Part shown: positions 9,335-18,493 of the stretch, in pieces | Layout of the letters: every line of letters begins with the position of its first letter | Numbering within the stretch: position 1 is the first letter of the stretch | NCBI GenBank assembly: GCA_017854855.1 | Contig: JAFMGZ010000002.1 | Span: forward strand, 44,768 to 108,767 | Length of the DNA stretch: 64,000 nucleotides | Direction of reading: 5' to 3' | DNA from: Sulfitobacter sp. | GTDB lineage: Bacteria > Pseudomonadota > Alphaproteobacteria > Rhodobacterales > Rhodobacteraceae | Notes under the pieces: model-generated | The model's input: the letters and a program-made list of their open reading frames with translations, nothing else | Told to the model about the DNA's origin: nothing | Database searches by the model: none | Made by a program: the position numbers and the translations under genes

Positions 9335-9763
9335 TTAACCCGCCGCAGCCTTGCGGCGCAGCCGGATCACCACATCAACCGATGCAATCTCTGCACCTTC
9401 AGGCGCATCGGGCAATTGCGCAATCACCAACTGCTCTGATGGCGCGTCGGTCAGCTTGCTGTCGTCTTCCCAAAAGAAATGCGGATGGTCATGGGTATTG
9501 GTGTCAAAATAGCTTTTGGAACCGTCCACCAGCACCTCTTGCATCAGCCCCGCATCACAAAAGGCACGCAACGTGTTGTACACCGTGGCCAGCGATACCG
9601 CTTCGCCCTGCCCCTTGGCCGCCTCAAACAGGCTTTCGGCCGTGACGTGACGATGTTGACCATCCCCCACCAGCAGGCTTGCCAACGTCACCCTCTGTCT
9701 GGTCGGACGGACACCCGCCTCTTCCAGCCAGCGTGTGCCGTTTTCCTGAAGTGTCTGTGTCAT
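9335..9763 (-). CDS. irr: Fur-family transcriptional regulator, Irr-like (iron response regulator)
   Basis: Fur-family winged helix (…RPTRQRVTLASLL…SLATVYNTLRAF…). His-rich DTNTHDHPHFF. Lacks the C-terminal CxxC pairs of classic Fur. Sits immediately upstream of and divergent from fabA-fabB-fabI, a synteny typical of alphaproteobacterial irr. Start re-picked at the ATG at 9763 (MTQTLQ). Confidence 0.8.
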   Translation of the reverse strand: MTQTLQENGTRWLEEAGVRPTRQRVTLASLLVGDGQHRHVTAESLFEAAKGQGEAVSLATVYNTLRAFCDAGLMQEVLVDGSKSYFDTNTHDHPHFFWEDDSKLTDAPSEQLVIAQLPDAPEGAEIASVDVVIRLRRKAAAG

Positions 9764-9803
9764 GGAACGCTCCGTTTCTCTGTTGCCCTTAATATAGGGG
9801 GTG

Positions 9804-9820
9804 TTGAGAATGATTTTCAA
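9804..9820. promoter_or_regulatory. Fur-family/ICE-like palindromic box TTGAGAA-TGA-TTTTCAA in the irr/fabA divergent region
   Basis: 17-mer with 7-3-7 architecture. 14 of 17 positions are self-complementary (6 of 7 arm pairs). Lies 41 nt upstream of the irr ATG and 150 nt upstream of the fabA ATG. Confidence 0.4.
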
Positions 9821-9969
9821 TTATAAATCGCCGCAGTGGCATTCTAGTGCATCTTTGCTACATACTGTCGCAAGAAGCCCGCATCGCCCGCGATGCCGCC
9901 CTTGCAGGCCACGGGGCCCGGATGATAGACCGTCCAAAACCAATCATGCCGAGCAGGAGTGCCCGATCA

Positions 9970-10479
9970 ATGGCCGATTTCCCCACAAGCTTTGACAAAG
10001 ATGATCTGCTGAAATGCGCACGCGGCGAATTATTTGGCCCCGGCAACGCCCAATTGCCTGCCCCACCAATGCTGATGATGGACCGGATCACCGATGTCTC
10101 TGCCGATGGCGGCGCACATGGCAAAGGGCATATCACCGCAGAATTCGACATCACCCCCGACCTTTGGTTCTTTGACTGCCACTTTCCCGGCAACCCCATC
10201 ATGCCCGGTTGCCTGGGCCTTGACGGGCTGTGGCAGCTGACCGGTTTCAACCTTGGCTGGCGCGGCTGGCAGGGGCGTGGCTATGCGCTGGGTGTGGGCG
10301 AGGTGAAACTGACCGGCATGGTACGCCCTGACCGCAAGATGCTGACCTACAAGATCGATTTCACCAAGGCGATCCAGACCCGCCGCCTGACCATGGGCGT
10401 CGCCGATGGCATCGTCGAGGCCGACGGCGAAGTGATCTATATGGTCAAGGACATGAAAGTAGCCCTCAGCGAAAGCTGA
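9970..10479 (+). CDS. fabA: 3-hydroxydecanoyl-ACP dehydratase/isomerase
   Basis: 169 aa from the ATG at 9970. …[12 protein letters not shown]…[24 protein letters not shown]… is the FabA hotdog active-site region. Confidence 0.92.
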   Translation: MADFPTSFDKDDLLKCARGELFGPGNAQLPAPPMLMMDRITDVSADGGAHGKGHITAEFDITPDLWFFDCHFPGNPIMPGCLGLDGLWQLTGFNLGWRGWQGRGYALGVGEVKLTGMVRPDRKMLTYKIDFTKAIQTRRLTMGVADGIVEADGEVIYMVKDMKVALSES

Positions 10480-10564
10480 CGCTGCGGGGCCGTCAAAAAC
10501 ACTCTTTCGGTGCTGCGGTCATGAAGCATTCATGCCGCATCATTCCAGTGTATTGAAATAGAAC

Positions 10565-10583
10565 AACTATTTCTGCCCCCCTG
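10565..10583. promoter_or_regulatory. perfect 7-bp inverted repeat GAAATAG-AACAA-CTATTTC in the AT-rich part of the fabA-fabB spacer
   Basis: Read directly. The 230-bp fabA-fabB gap is unusually long for an operon junction. Confidence 0.25.
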
Positions 10584-10709
10584 CGCCTTGGCTGGCGCAA
10601 AATCCATCTCACTGGCGATGCGCAATGCAGGGGTCCTGACCCTAACCGCTTGCGCCCTGCCGCCCTCCCGTCATAAACCGGAAGGGCCAAACATTAGGGA
10701 GTGCTGCGC

Positions 10710-11939
10710 ATGCGCCGCGTCGTCGTCACAGGACTGGGTATCATCTCGTCCATCGGAAACAACGCCGAAGAGGTCACCGCCTCGTTGAAGGCAGGGACCT
10801 CGGGGATCGAGACCAGCACAGAGATGGCCGAGCACGGCTTTCGCTCTCAGGTCGCAGGCACGCTCAAGATCGACGTGGCCGACCATATCGACAAACGGAC
10901 CCTGCGGTTCATGGGACCAGGTGCCGCCTATGCCTATCTGGCCATGGAGCAGGCGATCGCGGATGCCGGTCTGGGCGAAGACACCATCAGCAACCCGCGC
11001 ACCGGCCTGATCGCAGGCTCCGGCGGCCCCTCCACATCTGCAATGAAAATCGCCCATGATGTGGTGGACAAGACCGGCGCGACCAAACGGATCGGCCCCT
11101 TTGCCGTGCCCAAATGCATGTCCTCCACGATCAGCGCGAACCTGGCGACCGCGTTCAAGATCAAGGGGATCAACTATTCCATCACCTCCGCCTGCTCCAC
11201 CTCGCTGCATTGCATCGGCTCTGCGGCAGAACAGATCATGCTGGGCAAACAGGACGTGATGTTCGCCGGCGGCGGCGAAGAACTGGACTGGACCCTGTCG
11301 TGCCTCTTCGACGCCATGGGCGCGATGAGCAGCAAATATAACGACACGCCCCAGCAGGCCTCCCGCGCCTTTGACGCCAACCGCGACGGTTTCGTCATCA
11401 CCGGCGGCGGCGGCATTGTGGTGCTGGAAGAGCTGGAGCACGCCCTGGCGCGCGGCGCGGATATCTACGCCGAAGTCACCGGTTTTGCCGCCACCTCTGA
11501 CGGCCACGACATGGTCGCCCCCTCGGGCGAAGGCGGCACACGCGCCATGCAACTGGCCCTGGCCACCCTGCCAGAGGGGCGCAAAGTCAGCTATATCAAC
11601 GCCCATGGCACCTCCACCCCCGTCGGGGATGTGGGCGAAATCGAAGCGGTCCGCCGCGTCTTTGGCCAAGGCAGCACCCCACCTGTCAGCTCAACCAAAA
11701 GCATGACCGGCCACGGTCAGGGGGCCGCAGGCGCGATGGAGGCGATCTTCTGCCTGCTCATGCTCAAGGATGATTTCATCACCCCCTCGATCAATGTCGA
11801 AACGTTGGATCCTGCGCTGGACCCGTCCGAAATCGCATTGATCCGCGTCGACAATGCCGGGCTGGACAGCGTGATGACCAATTCTTTCGGGTTCGGCGGC
11901 ACGAACGGATCAATGATCCTGTCGAAATATCAAGGTTAA
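10710..11939 (+). CDS. fabB: beta-ketoacyl-ACP synthase I
   Basis: [19 protein letters not shown]-terminus as in FabB. Active-site …SACSTS…. C-terminal …[18 protein letters not shown] 8 nt before the ATG at 10710. Confidence 0.92.
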   Translation: MRRVVVTGLGIISSIGNNAEEVTASLKAGTSGIETSTEMAEHGFRSQVAGTLKIDVADHIDKRTLRFMGPGAAYAYLAMEQAIADAGLGEDTISNPRTGLIAGSGGPSTSAMKIAHDVVDKTGATKRIGPFAVPKCMSSTISANLATAFKIKGINYSITSACSTSLHCIGSAAEQIMLGKQDVMFAGGGEELDWTLSCLFDAMGAMSSKYNDTPQQASRAFDANRDGFVITGGGGIVVLEELEHALARGADIYAEVTGFAATSDGHDMVAPSGEGGTRAMQLALATLPEGRKVSYINAHGTSTPVGDVGEIEAVRRVFGQGSTPPVSSTKSMTGHGQGAAGAMEAIFCLLMLKDDFITPSINVETLDPALDPSEIALIRVDNAGLDSVMTNSFGFGGTNGSMILSKYQG

Positions 11940-11948
11940 GGACCGATC

Positions 11949-12740
11949 ATGTCTGAGATGCTCAAAGGAAAACGCGGCCTGATCATGGGTGTCGCCAATG
12001 AACGCTCCATCGCCTGGGGCATCGCCAAGTCCCTGGCCGAAGCAGGCGCGGAACTTGCCTTTACCTACCAGGGCGACGCCTTCGGCAGCCGCCTCAAACC
12101 GCTGGCCGAAAGCGTCGGATCGGATTTCATGGTCGATGTCGACGTGACCGATGACGCCTCGCTCGATACGGCCTTCGACGCGCTGGCCAGCCGCTGGCCC
12201 ACGATCGACTTTGTCGTGCACGCCATCGCATTCTCCGACAAGGCTGAACTCACGGGCCGCTTCCTGAACACCTCCCGCGCCAATTTCAAACACTCCATGG
12301 ACATCTCTGCCTACAGCTTTATCGAGGTGGCACGCCGCGCCCATCCCCTGATGGTCGAAAACGGCGGCACCCTGCTGACCCTGACCTACCAGGGCTCCAA
12401 CCGCGTGGTCCCAAATTACAACGTCATGGGCGTGGCCAAGGCCGCCCTTGAATCGGCCACCCGCTATCTGGCCAATGATCTGGGCCCCGAAGGCATCCGC
12501 GTCAACGCCATCTCACCGGGGCCGATGAAAACCCTCGCCGGTGCCGCCATCGGCGGGGCCCGCAAGACCTACAAACATACCGACCAGAACGCCCCCCTGC
12601 GCGCCAATGCCACCCTGGAGGCGGTCGGCGGCACAGCCGTCTATCTGGTTTCCGATGCAGGCGCCTGCACCACCGGCGAAATCATCCGCGTCGACGGCGG
12701 CTTTCACGTGCTGGGCATGCCCCAGGCCGAAAACCTCTGA
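11949..12740 (+). CDS. fabI: enoyl-ACP reductase (NADH), FabI
   Basis: GKRGLIMGVANERSIAWGIA N-terminus. …YNVMGVAKAALE… (Tyr/Lys catalytic region). 263 aa. Directly follows fabB. Confidence 0.92.
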   Translation: MSEMLKGKRGLIMGVANERSIAWGIAKSLAEAGAELAFTYQGDAFGSRLKPLAESVGSDFMVDVDVTDDASLDTAFDALASRWPTIDFVVHAIAFSDKAELTGRFLNTSRANFKHSMDISAYSFIEVARRAHPLMVENGGTLLTLTYQGSNRVVPNYNVMGVAKAALESATRYLANDLGPEGIRVNAISPGPMKTLAGAAIGGARKTYKHTDQNAPLRANATLEAVGGTAVYLVSDAGACTTGEIIRVDGGFHVLGMPQAENL

Positions 12741-12745
12741 GCACC

Positions 12746-12766
12746 CAGGCGGCACCACGCCGCCTG
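12746..12766 (+). terminator. hairpin after fabI (CAGGCGGC-accac-GCCGCCTG), no U-tract
   Basis: Perfect 8-bp stem 6 nt after the fabI stop. Confidence 0.35.
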
Positions 12767-12807
12767 CTTGCCCCTTCTACCACAAAACGCCAAAAATCAC
12801 CCCGATG

Positions 12808-12837
12808 GCCCCTCTTTTTGGCCAAAAATACCTCTGC
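12808..12837 (-). repeat. intergenic repeat family copy a: GCCCCTCTTTTTGGCCAAAAATACCTCTGC
   Basis: Lies between the convergent fabI and methyltransferase genes. Includes the perfect palindrome TTTTTGGCCAAAAA. Confidence 0.8.
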
Positions 12838-12891
12838 ACAACAGCAGCCCGATACCGCACCATCCCTTAGATGAACGCCACCAACCCGCCC

Positions 12892-14007
12892 CTATCGCAA
12901 AGGTGGCGTTTGCCACAGCCAGACCTTCATGCCCCCATGCGCCACCGCCGGTCCCTGTGGTTGCCACGGCAATCCGGTGGATTTGGCTAGCGCAGGCTCG
13001 GAGGTGATCATCCCCACCCGCCATCCTTTGAAATGCGTCAGCATCGTCTGGCCAAATGTGCCATAAAGCGCATAAAGCAGCTTCTTGTTGCCGATCCGCC
13101 CGCCATAGGGCGGGTTCACAATCACCAAACCGGGCGGGCCATCGGGGGGCCGCACCTCGCCTGCGCCATGGCAGGCAAATTCCGTCCAGCCGGAAACCCC
13201 GGCCCTTTGCGCATTGGCCACAGCGTTGCGGATGGCACCAGAATCCCTGTCAGAGCCATGGAACTTCGCCACCGGGCTCGCCCCGTTGCCCTCGCGGCGC
13301 AAGGCGTCAAAGGCTGATGGCTCATAGCTTGCCAGATCCTGAAAGGCAAAGCTGCGGCTGCGCCCAGGCTGCAGGCCCGCTGCGATCTCGGCAGCCTCGA
13401 TCAAGAAGGTACCAGAGCCGCACATCGGGTCCAGTACCGGCTCCACCCCGTCAAATCCGCATTGGCGCAGGAACATTGCGGCCATGTTCTCGCGCATCGG
13501 TGCCTTGCCCACGGCTTCCTTATGGCCGCGCCGGTGCAGCGCTTCGCCACTGGTATCCAGACTGATCGTGACCTCATTGTCATGGATCCGCACCTTCACC
13601 ACCAGCCCGGCTTCGTCGGACAGGGTGATGCCGTGGCTCTCGGTCAGGGCCGTCTCGATCCGCTGGCTTGCGGCCTTGGCGTGATAGATCTTGGAGGCCT
13701 TGCAGGTCACCTGTACCTTGACCGGGATATCGCGGCGCAGCACATCCCCCCAGGCAAATTTGCGCGCCCGCTTGTCCAGCTGCGCCAGGTGGAACGCCAT
13801 GAAAGAGCCGATCCGCGCCAGCACTCGAACCGCGCCGCGCAGCTCCAGGTTGGCGCGCCAGACGTCTGTCCAGCCGCCCATGATAGTCACACCGCCGGGC
13901 ACCACATTGGGGTCCGCAAACCCCAGGTCCCGGACCTCCTGACACAACGCAGGCTCAAGCCCCGGTGCACAGACCAGGAAAATTTCAAAGGGATCATTGG
14001 TATTCAT
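12892..14007 (-). CDS. THUMP-domain class I SAM-dependent RNA methyltransferase (RlmL/UPF0020-like)
   Basis: …DPMCGSGTFLIEAA… SAM motif and VIVNPPYGGRIG (NPPY) motif. N-terminal THUMP-like region. Start re-picked at the ATG at 14007 (MNTNDPFEIF). Confidence 0.8.
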   Translation of the reverse strand: MNTNDPFEIFLVCAPGLEPALCQEVRDLGFADPNVVPGGVTIMGGWTDVWRANLELRGAVRVLARIGSFMAFHLAQLDKRARKFAWGDVLRRDIPVKVQVTCKASKIYHAKAASQRIETALTESHGITLSDEAGLVVKVRIHDNEVTISLDTSGEALHRRGHKEAVGKAPMRENMAAMFLRQCGFDGVEPVLDPMCGSGTFLIEAAEIAAGLQPGRSRSFAFQDLASYEPSAFDALRREGNGASPVAKFHGSDRDSGAIRNAVANAQRAGVSGWTEFACHGAGEVRPPDGPPGLVIVNPPYGGRIGNKKLLYALYGTFGQTMLTHFKGWRVGMITSEPALAKSTGLPWQPQGPAVAHGGMKVWLWQTPPLR

Positions 14008-14152
14008 CCGCCCTGCATAGATCGAACCAACCGCGCTGACGAGGGCCAAGCAGCGCAACCTCACGAAAAAGGGCCGCATGACATCCGTCATGCGGCCCTT
14101 GCCAATGGCGCGGGCCGGCGCTGCCCGCGCATCAGCCCTTCAAACAAGTGCG

Positions 14153-14581
14153 TTACGCGATGGACACCAGTTCGATGTCGAATTGCAGGTCCTTGCCCGC
14201 CAACGGGTGGTTTGCATCCAGCGTCACCGTGGCCTCGTCGACCTCTACTACCATGACCGGCATCGCCTGACCGTCGGGGGTCTGCATCTGCAACTGGGTC
14301 CCGACCTCCAATGGAATCTCTGCGGGAATGCCCTCGCGGGGCACGGCCTGACGCATGTCCGGGTTCAGCGGGCCATAGGCATCTTCACAGGCAATCTTGA
14401 CGACTTTCTTGTCGCCCACGTTCATGCCCGGCAAAGCGCCATCAAGGCCCGGAATGATATGGCCGGAACCCACTTCAAATTCCAGCGGCTCGCGCCCCTC
14501 GGAGCTGTCAAAGGTGGTCCCATCCAGCAATGTGCCGGTGTAATGAATGGCAACAGTATCGCCTGACTTAACTTCAGTCAT
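14153..14581 (-). CDS. FKBP-type peptidyl-prolyl cis-trans isomerase (SlyD/SlpA-like)
   Basis: MTEVKSGDTVAIHYTGTLLDGTTFDSS… and …DANHPLAGKDLQFDIELV are typical of the short SlyD-like FKBPs. The track ORF is N-terminally over-extended. Confidence 0.85.
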   Translation of the reverse strand: MTEVKSGDTVAIHYTGTLLDGTTFDSSEGREPLEFEVGSGHIIPGLDGALPGMNVGDKKVVKIACEDAYGPLNPDMRQAVPREGIPAEIPLEVGTQLQMQTPDGQAMPVMVVEVDEATVTLDANHPLAGKDLQFDIELVSIA

Positions 14582-14765
14582 CGTCGTCTCCTGAATGAAT
14601 TGGGGGAAAGGGGAGGAGGCCGCGTATCTGCGCAGGTGCTCCAAGATGGGTCCCAAAATGGCAAAGCCGCAGGCGGATGTAAACCCCGGCCCCCCTGGTG
14701 CAATTTCTGGCCTTTTACATGGCGCGATCCCGTGACAGTCTGCCCCCAACCAAAGGAAGCAGATC

Positions 14766-15452
14766 ATGCCCATCACCACTTGCGTATTTGACGCCTATGG
14801 CACCCTTTTTGACGTCGGTGCCGCCGCCCGGCAGGCTGCCTCGGAACCTGATTTTGTAGCGATCAAGAACGACTGGATGATCCTGGCCGACCATTGGCGA
14901 ACCAAACAATTGCAATATTCCTGGCTGCGCGCCGTCACGGGGGCGCATACCGACTTCTGGGAAGTGACGCAAAACGGTCTTGATTGGGCGCTGGAAAAAA
15001 CCGGTCATGCAGGCGATCCGGCCCTGCGCGCCCGCTTGCTCGCGCTGTATTGGGAACTGCAGGCCTATCCAGAGGTGCCACAGATGCTGGCCGCGCTGAA
15101 AGCGGCTGGGCTGAACACCGCGATCCTGTCCAACGGCGCGCCGCAGATGCTGGACGCGGCGGTCACATCCGCCGGCATCGGCGCGGTGCTGGATGTCTCT
15201 CTTTCGGTCGAGAGCGTGGGCATCTTCAAGCCTGATGCACGGGTCTATGATCTGGTGGGTGCGCATTTCGGTTGCGCCAAACACGAGGTCCTGTTTGTCT
15301 CTTCCAACGGCTGGGACGCCGCCGCGGCGACGGGCTATGGCTTTGCAACCGCCTGGGTCAACCGCGCGGGCGAACCGATGGACCGCCTGCCCTGGACCCC
15401 GGCACATCACCTCACGGATCTTACTGGGATTCCCGAACTGGCAGGACTTTAA
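14766..15452 (+). CDS. haloacid dehalogenase type II (HAD superfamily)
   Basis: VFDAYGTLFDV nucleophile motif. …SNG… and …FVSSNGWD… motifs. 228 aa. Confidence 0.85.
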   Translation: MPITTCVFDAYGTLFDVGAAARQAASEPDFVAIKNDWMILADHWRTKQLQYSWLRAVTGAHTDFWEVTQNGLDWALEKTGHAGDPALRARLLALYWELQAYPEVPQMLAALKAAGLNTAILSNGAPQMLDAAVTSAGIGAVLDVSLSVESVGIFKPDARVYDLVGAHFGCAKHEVLFVSSNGWDAAAATGYGFATAWVNRAGEPMDRLPWTPAHHLTDLTGIPELAGL

Positions 15453-16276
15453 TGGCACATTTCACCACATCCGACGGCCTGAACATCTATTACGAGGACA
15501 GCGGCGAGGGCCTGCCGATCCTGTGCCTGCCGGGGCTGACCCGCACCACGGCAGATTTTGACGATGTCACCCCGCATCTGGCTGGCAACCGCCTGATCAA
15601 GATGGATTACCGCGGTCGCGGCCAGTCCGACTTTGACCCCAATTGGCAAAATTATTCCCTGCCAGTAGAAAGCCGCGACGTGTTGGAACTGCTGGCCCAT
15701 CTGGGCCTGAACAAGACCGCCATCCTGGGCACCTCCCGGGGCGGGATGATCGGCATGGGACTGGCCGCCATGGCCAAGGATCACCTGCTGGGCGTGGCCC
15801 TGAATGACGTAGGCCCCGAACTTGACCCAAAGGGCCTTGATTTCATCATGGTCTACCTGGGCCGCAACCCCACTGCCAAAACCCATGCAGAGGCCGCAGC
15901 CGCCCTGCAATTCGTGTTCAAGGATTTTGCCGGTGTGCCGCTGGAACGCTGGCAGCGCGAGGCAGAAAAGAACTTCATCCAGACCCAAGCGGGTTTGCAG
16001 ATCACCTATGATCCCAAATTGCGCGACGCGATTGAACTGACCCGTGACCAGCCCCTGCCGGACCTATGGCCGTTCTTTGACGCCATGGCAGGTCTGCCGC
16101 TGGCTTGTATCAGGGGGGCCAACTCTGGCCTGCTGACGGCCGACACCTTGACCAAGATGCAAGACCGCCGCCCCGACATGGTGACCGCCGTGGTGCCCGA
16201 CCGTGGCCATGTCCCCTTTCTGGATGAGACAGAATCCGTGGCGGCGCTGCACGCATGGGTGAGGCTGATGGCATGA
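15452..16276 (+). CDS. alpha/beta-fold hydrolase
   Basis: TAATG overlap with the upstream gene. …ILGTSRGGMIG… nucleophile elbow (G-x-S-x-G type). …PDRGHVPFLDE C-terminal His region. Confidence 0.8.
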   Translation: MAHFTTSDGLNIYYEDSGEGLPILCLPGLTRTTADFDDVTPHLAGNRLIKMDYRGRGQSDFDPNWQNYSLPVESRDVLELLAHLGLNKTAILGTSRGGMIGMGLAAMAKDHLLGVALNDVGPELDPKGLDFIMVYLGRNPTAKTHAEAAAALQFVFKDFAGVPLERWQREAEKNFIQTQAGLQITYDPKLRDAIELTRDQPLPDLWPFFDAMAGLPLACIRGANSGLLTADTLTKMQDRRPDMVTAVVPDRGHVPFLDETESVAALHAWVRLMA

Positions 16277-17244
16277 ACATCGACATGATCCGCGCCGCCC
16301 AGCAACGCCTCAGCGGCCATGTGCGCCAGACGCCCCTGCTGAACGCACCCTTTCTGGATGACATCGCGGGCCGGCGTGTCTGGGTCAAGGCGGAATGCCT
16401 GCAACATACCGGCAGCTTCAAGTTTCGCGGGGCCTGGTCCGCGCTTTCGGCGCTGGAGCCTGCCGTGCGGTCAAAGGGCGTCATCGCCTATTCCAGCGGC
16501 AACCACGCCCAAGGCGTGGCGCTGGCGGCCAGAATGCATGGTGTGCCCGCCGTGATCATCATGCCCGCCGACAGCCCCGCCCTCAAGATCGCAAATACCC
16601 GCGCCTACGGGGCCGAGGTGGTGCTCTATGACCGCGCCACAGAAAGCCGCGAGGACATCGGCGCGCGGCTCAGCACCGATCGCGGCCTGACCTTGATCAA
16701 ACCCTATGATGAACCCGAAGTGATCGCAGGCCAAGGGACCTGCGGCCTTGAGATTGCCAGCCAGGCTGCCGAACAGGGCATCACCAAGGCCGATGTGATC
16801 GTCTGTTGCGGCGGCGGTGGACTGACCTCTGGCATCGCAATGGCACTGGAGGCCGATGCCCCCGGCCTGCGCGTCCGCACCGCCGAACCCGAAGGGTTTG
16901 ACGATGTGGCACGGTCGCTGCGCTCTGGCGTGATTGAACGCAATGCCCGGACCTCGGGTAACATCTGCGATGCCATCATCACACCGCAGCCGGGCGATCT
17001 GACCTTTCCGATCATGCAGCGGCTTGCCGGTCCCGGACTGGTCGTCAGCGAAACAGAGGCCCTGCAGGCCATGGCCCATGCCTTTAGCCGACTAAAGGTC
17101 GTGGCAGAACCCGGCGGTGCCGTGGCCCTGGCCGCAGCCCTGTTCCGCCAAGACCAGATTGAGGGTGCGGATGTGATTGTCACCATCTCGGGTGGGAATG
17201 TGGATGCCGCCATGTTTAGCCGCGCTTTGGCCACGCTGGCATGA
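16273..17244 (+). CDS. PLP-dependent serine/threonine dehydratase family enzyme
   Basis: …ECLQHTGSFKFRGA… (PLP lysine motif), …SSGNHAQG…, …GGGGL…. ATGA overlap with the preceding hydrolase. Confidence 0.85.
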   Translation: MNIDMIRAAQQRLSGHVRQTPLLNAPFLDDIAGRRVWVKAECLQHTGSFKFRGAWSALSALEPAVRSKGVIAYSSGNHAQGVALAARMHGVPAVIIMPADSPALKIANTRAYGAEVVLYDRATESREDIGARLSTDRGLTLIKPYDEPEVIAGQGTCGLEIASQAAEQGITKADVIVCCGGGGLTSGIAMALEADAPGLRVRTAEPEGFDDVARSLRSGVIERNARTSGNICDAIITPQPGDLTFPIMQRLAGPGLVVSETEALQAMAHAFSRLKVVAEPGGAVALAAALFRQDQIEGADVIVTISGGNVDAAMFSRALATLA

Positions 17245-17326
17245 CCCGGTGCGGCAGAAAATTTCAACGTCAGGGCCTGATCATGGCCGATCATGGCAAC
17301 GTTCCAACTCAAGTGGGGGATGAAAG

Positions 17327-18115
17327 ATGAAAATATTCGATACCGGCGAGGTACGTTTGCATTACCGCGTGGACGGGCCCGACGACGGGGCACCGGTGGT
17401 GTTTTCCAACTCTCTTGGCACGGACATGCGTCTGTGGGATCCGATCCTGCCCCTGCTGCCCAAGGGCCTGCGCATCATCCGGTATGACAAACGCGGCCAC
17501 GGGCTGTCGTCTTGCCCCTCGGGCAACTATTCGATGGGATCGCTGGTGACCGATGTCGAACGGCTGATGGATCATCTGGGCGTCAGGGACAGCGTCTTTG
17601 TCGGCCTGTCCATCGGCGGGATGACGGCACAGGGGCTGGCCGTCAAACGGCTGGACCTGATCCGCGCCATGGTGCTGTCCAACACGGCGGCCAAGATCGG
17701 CACACCGGCCATGTGGGATGAACGTATCGCCGCAGTCCGCAAGGACGGGATCGAAGCGCTGGCCGATGCCGTGATGGAGCGCTGGTTCTCCGAAGAGTTC
17801 CGCGCCTCGCCAGAGCTGGAGCTTTGGCGCAACATGCTGGTGCGCGGCGAAGACGATGGCTATGCGGGCTGCTCTGCCGCGATTTCGGGCACTGACTTCT
17901 ATGCCCCGACAGCCACGCTGCGACTGCCCACCCTGGGCATCGCGGGTTCCGAGGACGGCTCGACCCCGCCCGATCTGGTGCGTGAAACCGTTGATCTGAT
18001 CCCCGGCTCAAAATTCCACCTGATCCGCAAGGCAGGTCACCTTCCTTGCGTCGAACAGCCCGAGGAATTTGCACAGGTCCTGACCGATTTTCTCAAGGGG
18101 GTAGGACATGTCTGA
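17327..18115 (+). CDS. pcaD: 3-oxoadipate enol-lactonase
   Basis: Alpha/beta hydrolase with …VVFSNSLGTDMRLWDP…, GLSIGG. Followed by pcaC and pcaB. Confidence 0.85.
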   Translation: MKIFDTGEVRLHYRVDGPDDGAPVVFSNSLGTDMRLWDPILPLLPKGLRIIRYDKRGHGLSSCPSGNYSMGSLVTDVERLMDHLGVRDSVFVGLSIGGMTAQGLAVKRLDLIRAMVLSNTAAKIGTPAMWDERIAAVRKDGIEALADAVMERWFSEEFRASPELELWRNMLVRGEDDGYAGCSAAISGTDFYAPTATLRLPTLGIAGSEDGSTPPDLVRETVDLIPGSKFHLIRKAGHLPCVEQPEEFAQVLTDFLKGVGHV

Positions 18116-18491
18116 TCGCTATGACACCGGCATGCGGGTGCGCCGCGAGGTGCTGGGCAATGCCCATGTGAACCGCGCCGAGGGTGCAAAAACAGCCGAG
18201 GACCTGCCGTTTCAAACCCTGATCACCGAAGGGGCTTGGGGCACGGTCTGGGCCTCTGACGCGATCAGCAGGCGCGAACGGTCCATGCTGACGCTGGCGC
18301 TGCTGGCCGCGACGGGCAATTTCGAAGAAATCGAAATGCACGTGCGCGCGGCCCAGGGCACAGGTGCCAGCAAGACCGACATCATGGAGGCGTTCCAGCA
18401 TGTCGCCATCTATGCCGGTGTGCCCAAGGCAAACCACGCCATCAAGATCGCCAAACGGGTCTGGGAGACCCAGGAAACAACGGACAGGTAA
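18108..18491 (+). CDS. pcaC: 4-carboxymuconolactone decarboxylase
   Basis: CMD/AhpD-like …RERSMLTLALLAATGNFEEIEMHVRAA…IYAGVPKA. 127 aa. 8-nt overlap with pcaD. Confidence 0.88.
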   Translation: MSDRYDTGMRVRREVLGNAHVNRAEGAKTAEDLPFQTLITEGAWGTVWASDAISRRERSMLTLALLAATGNFEEIEMHVRAAQGTGASKTDIMEAFQHVAIYAGVPKANHAIKIAKRVWETQETTDR

Positions 18492-18493
18492 CG

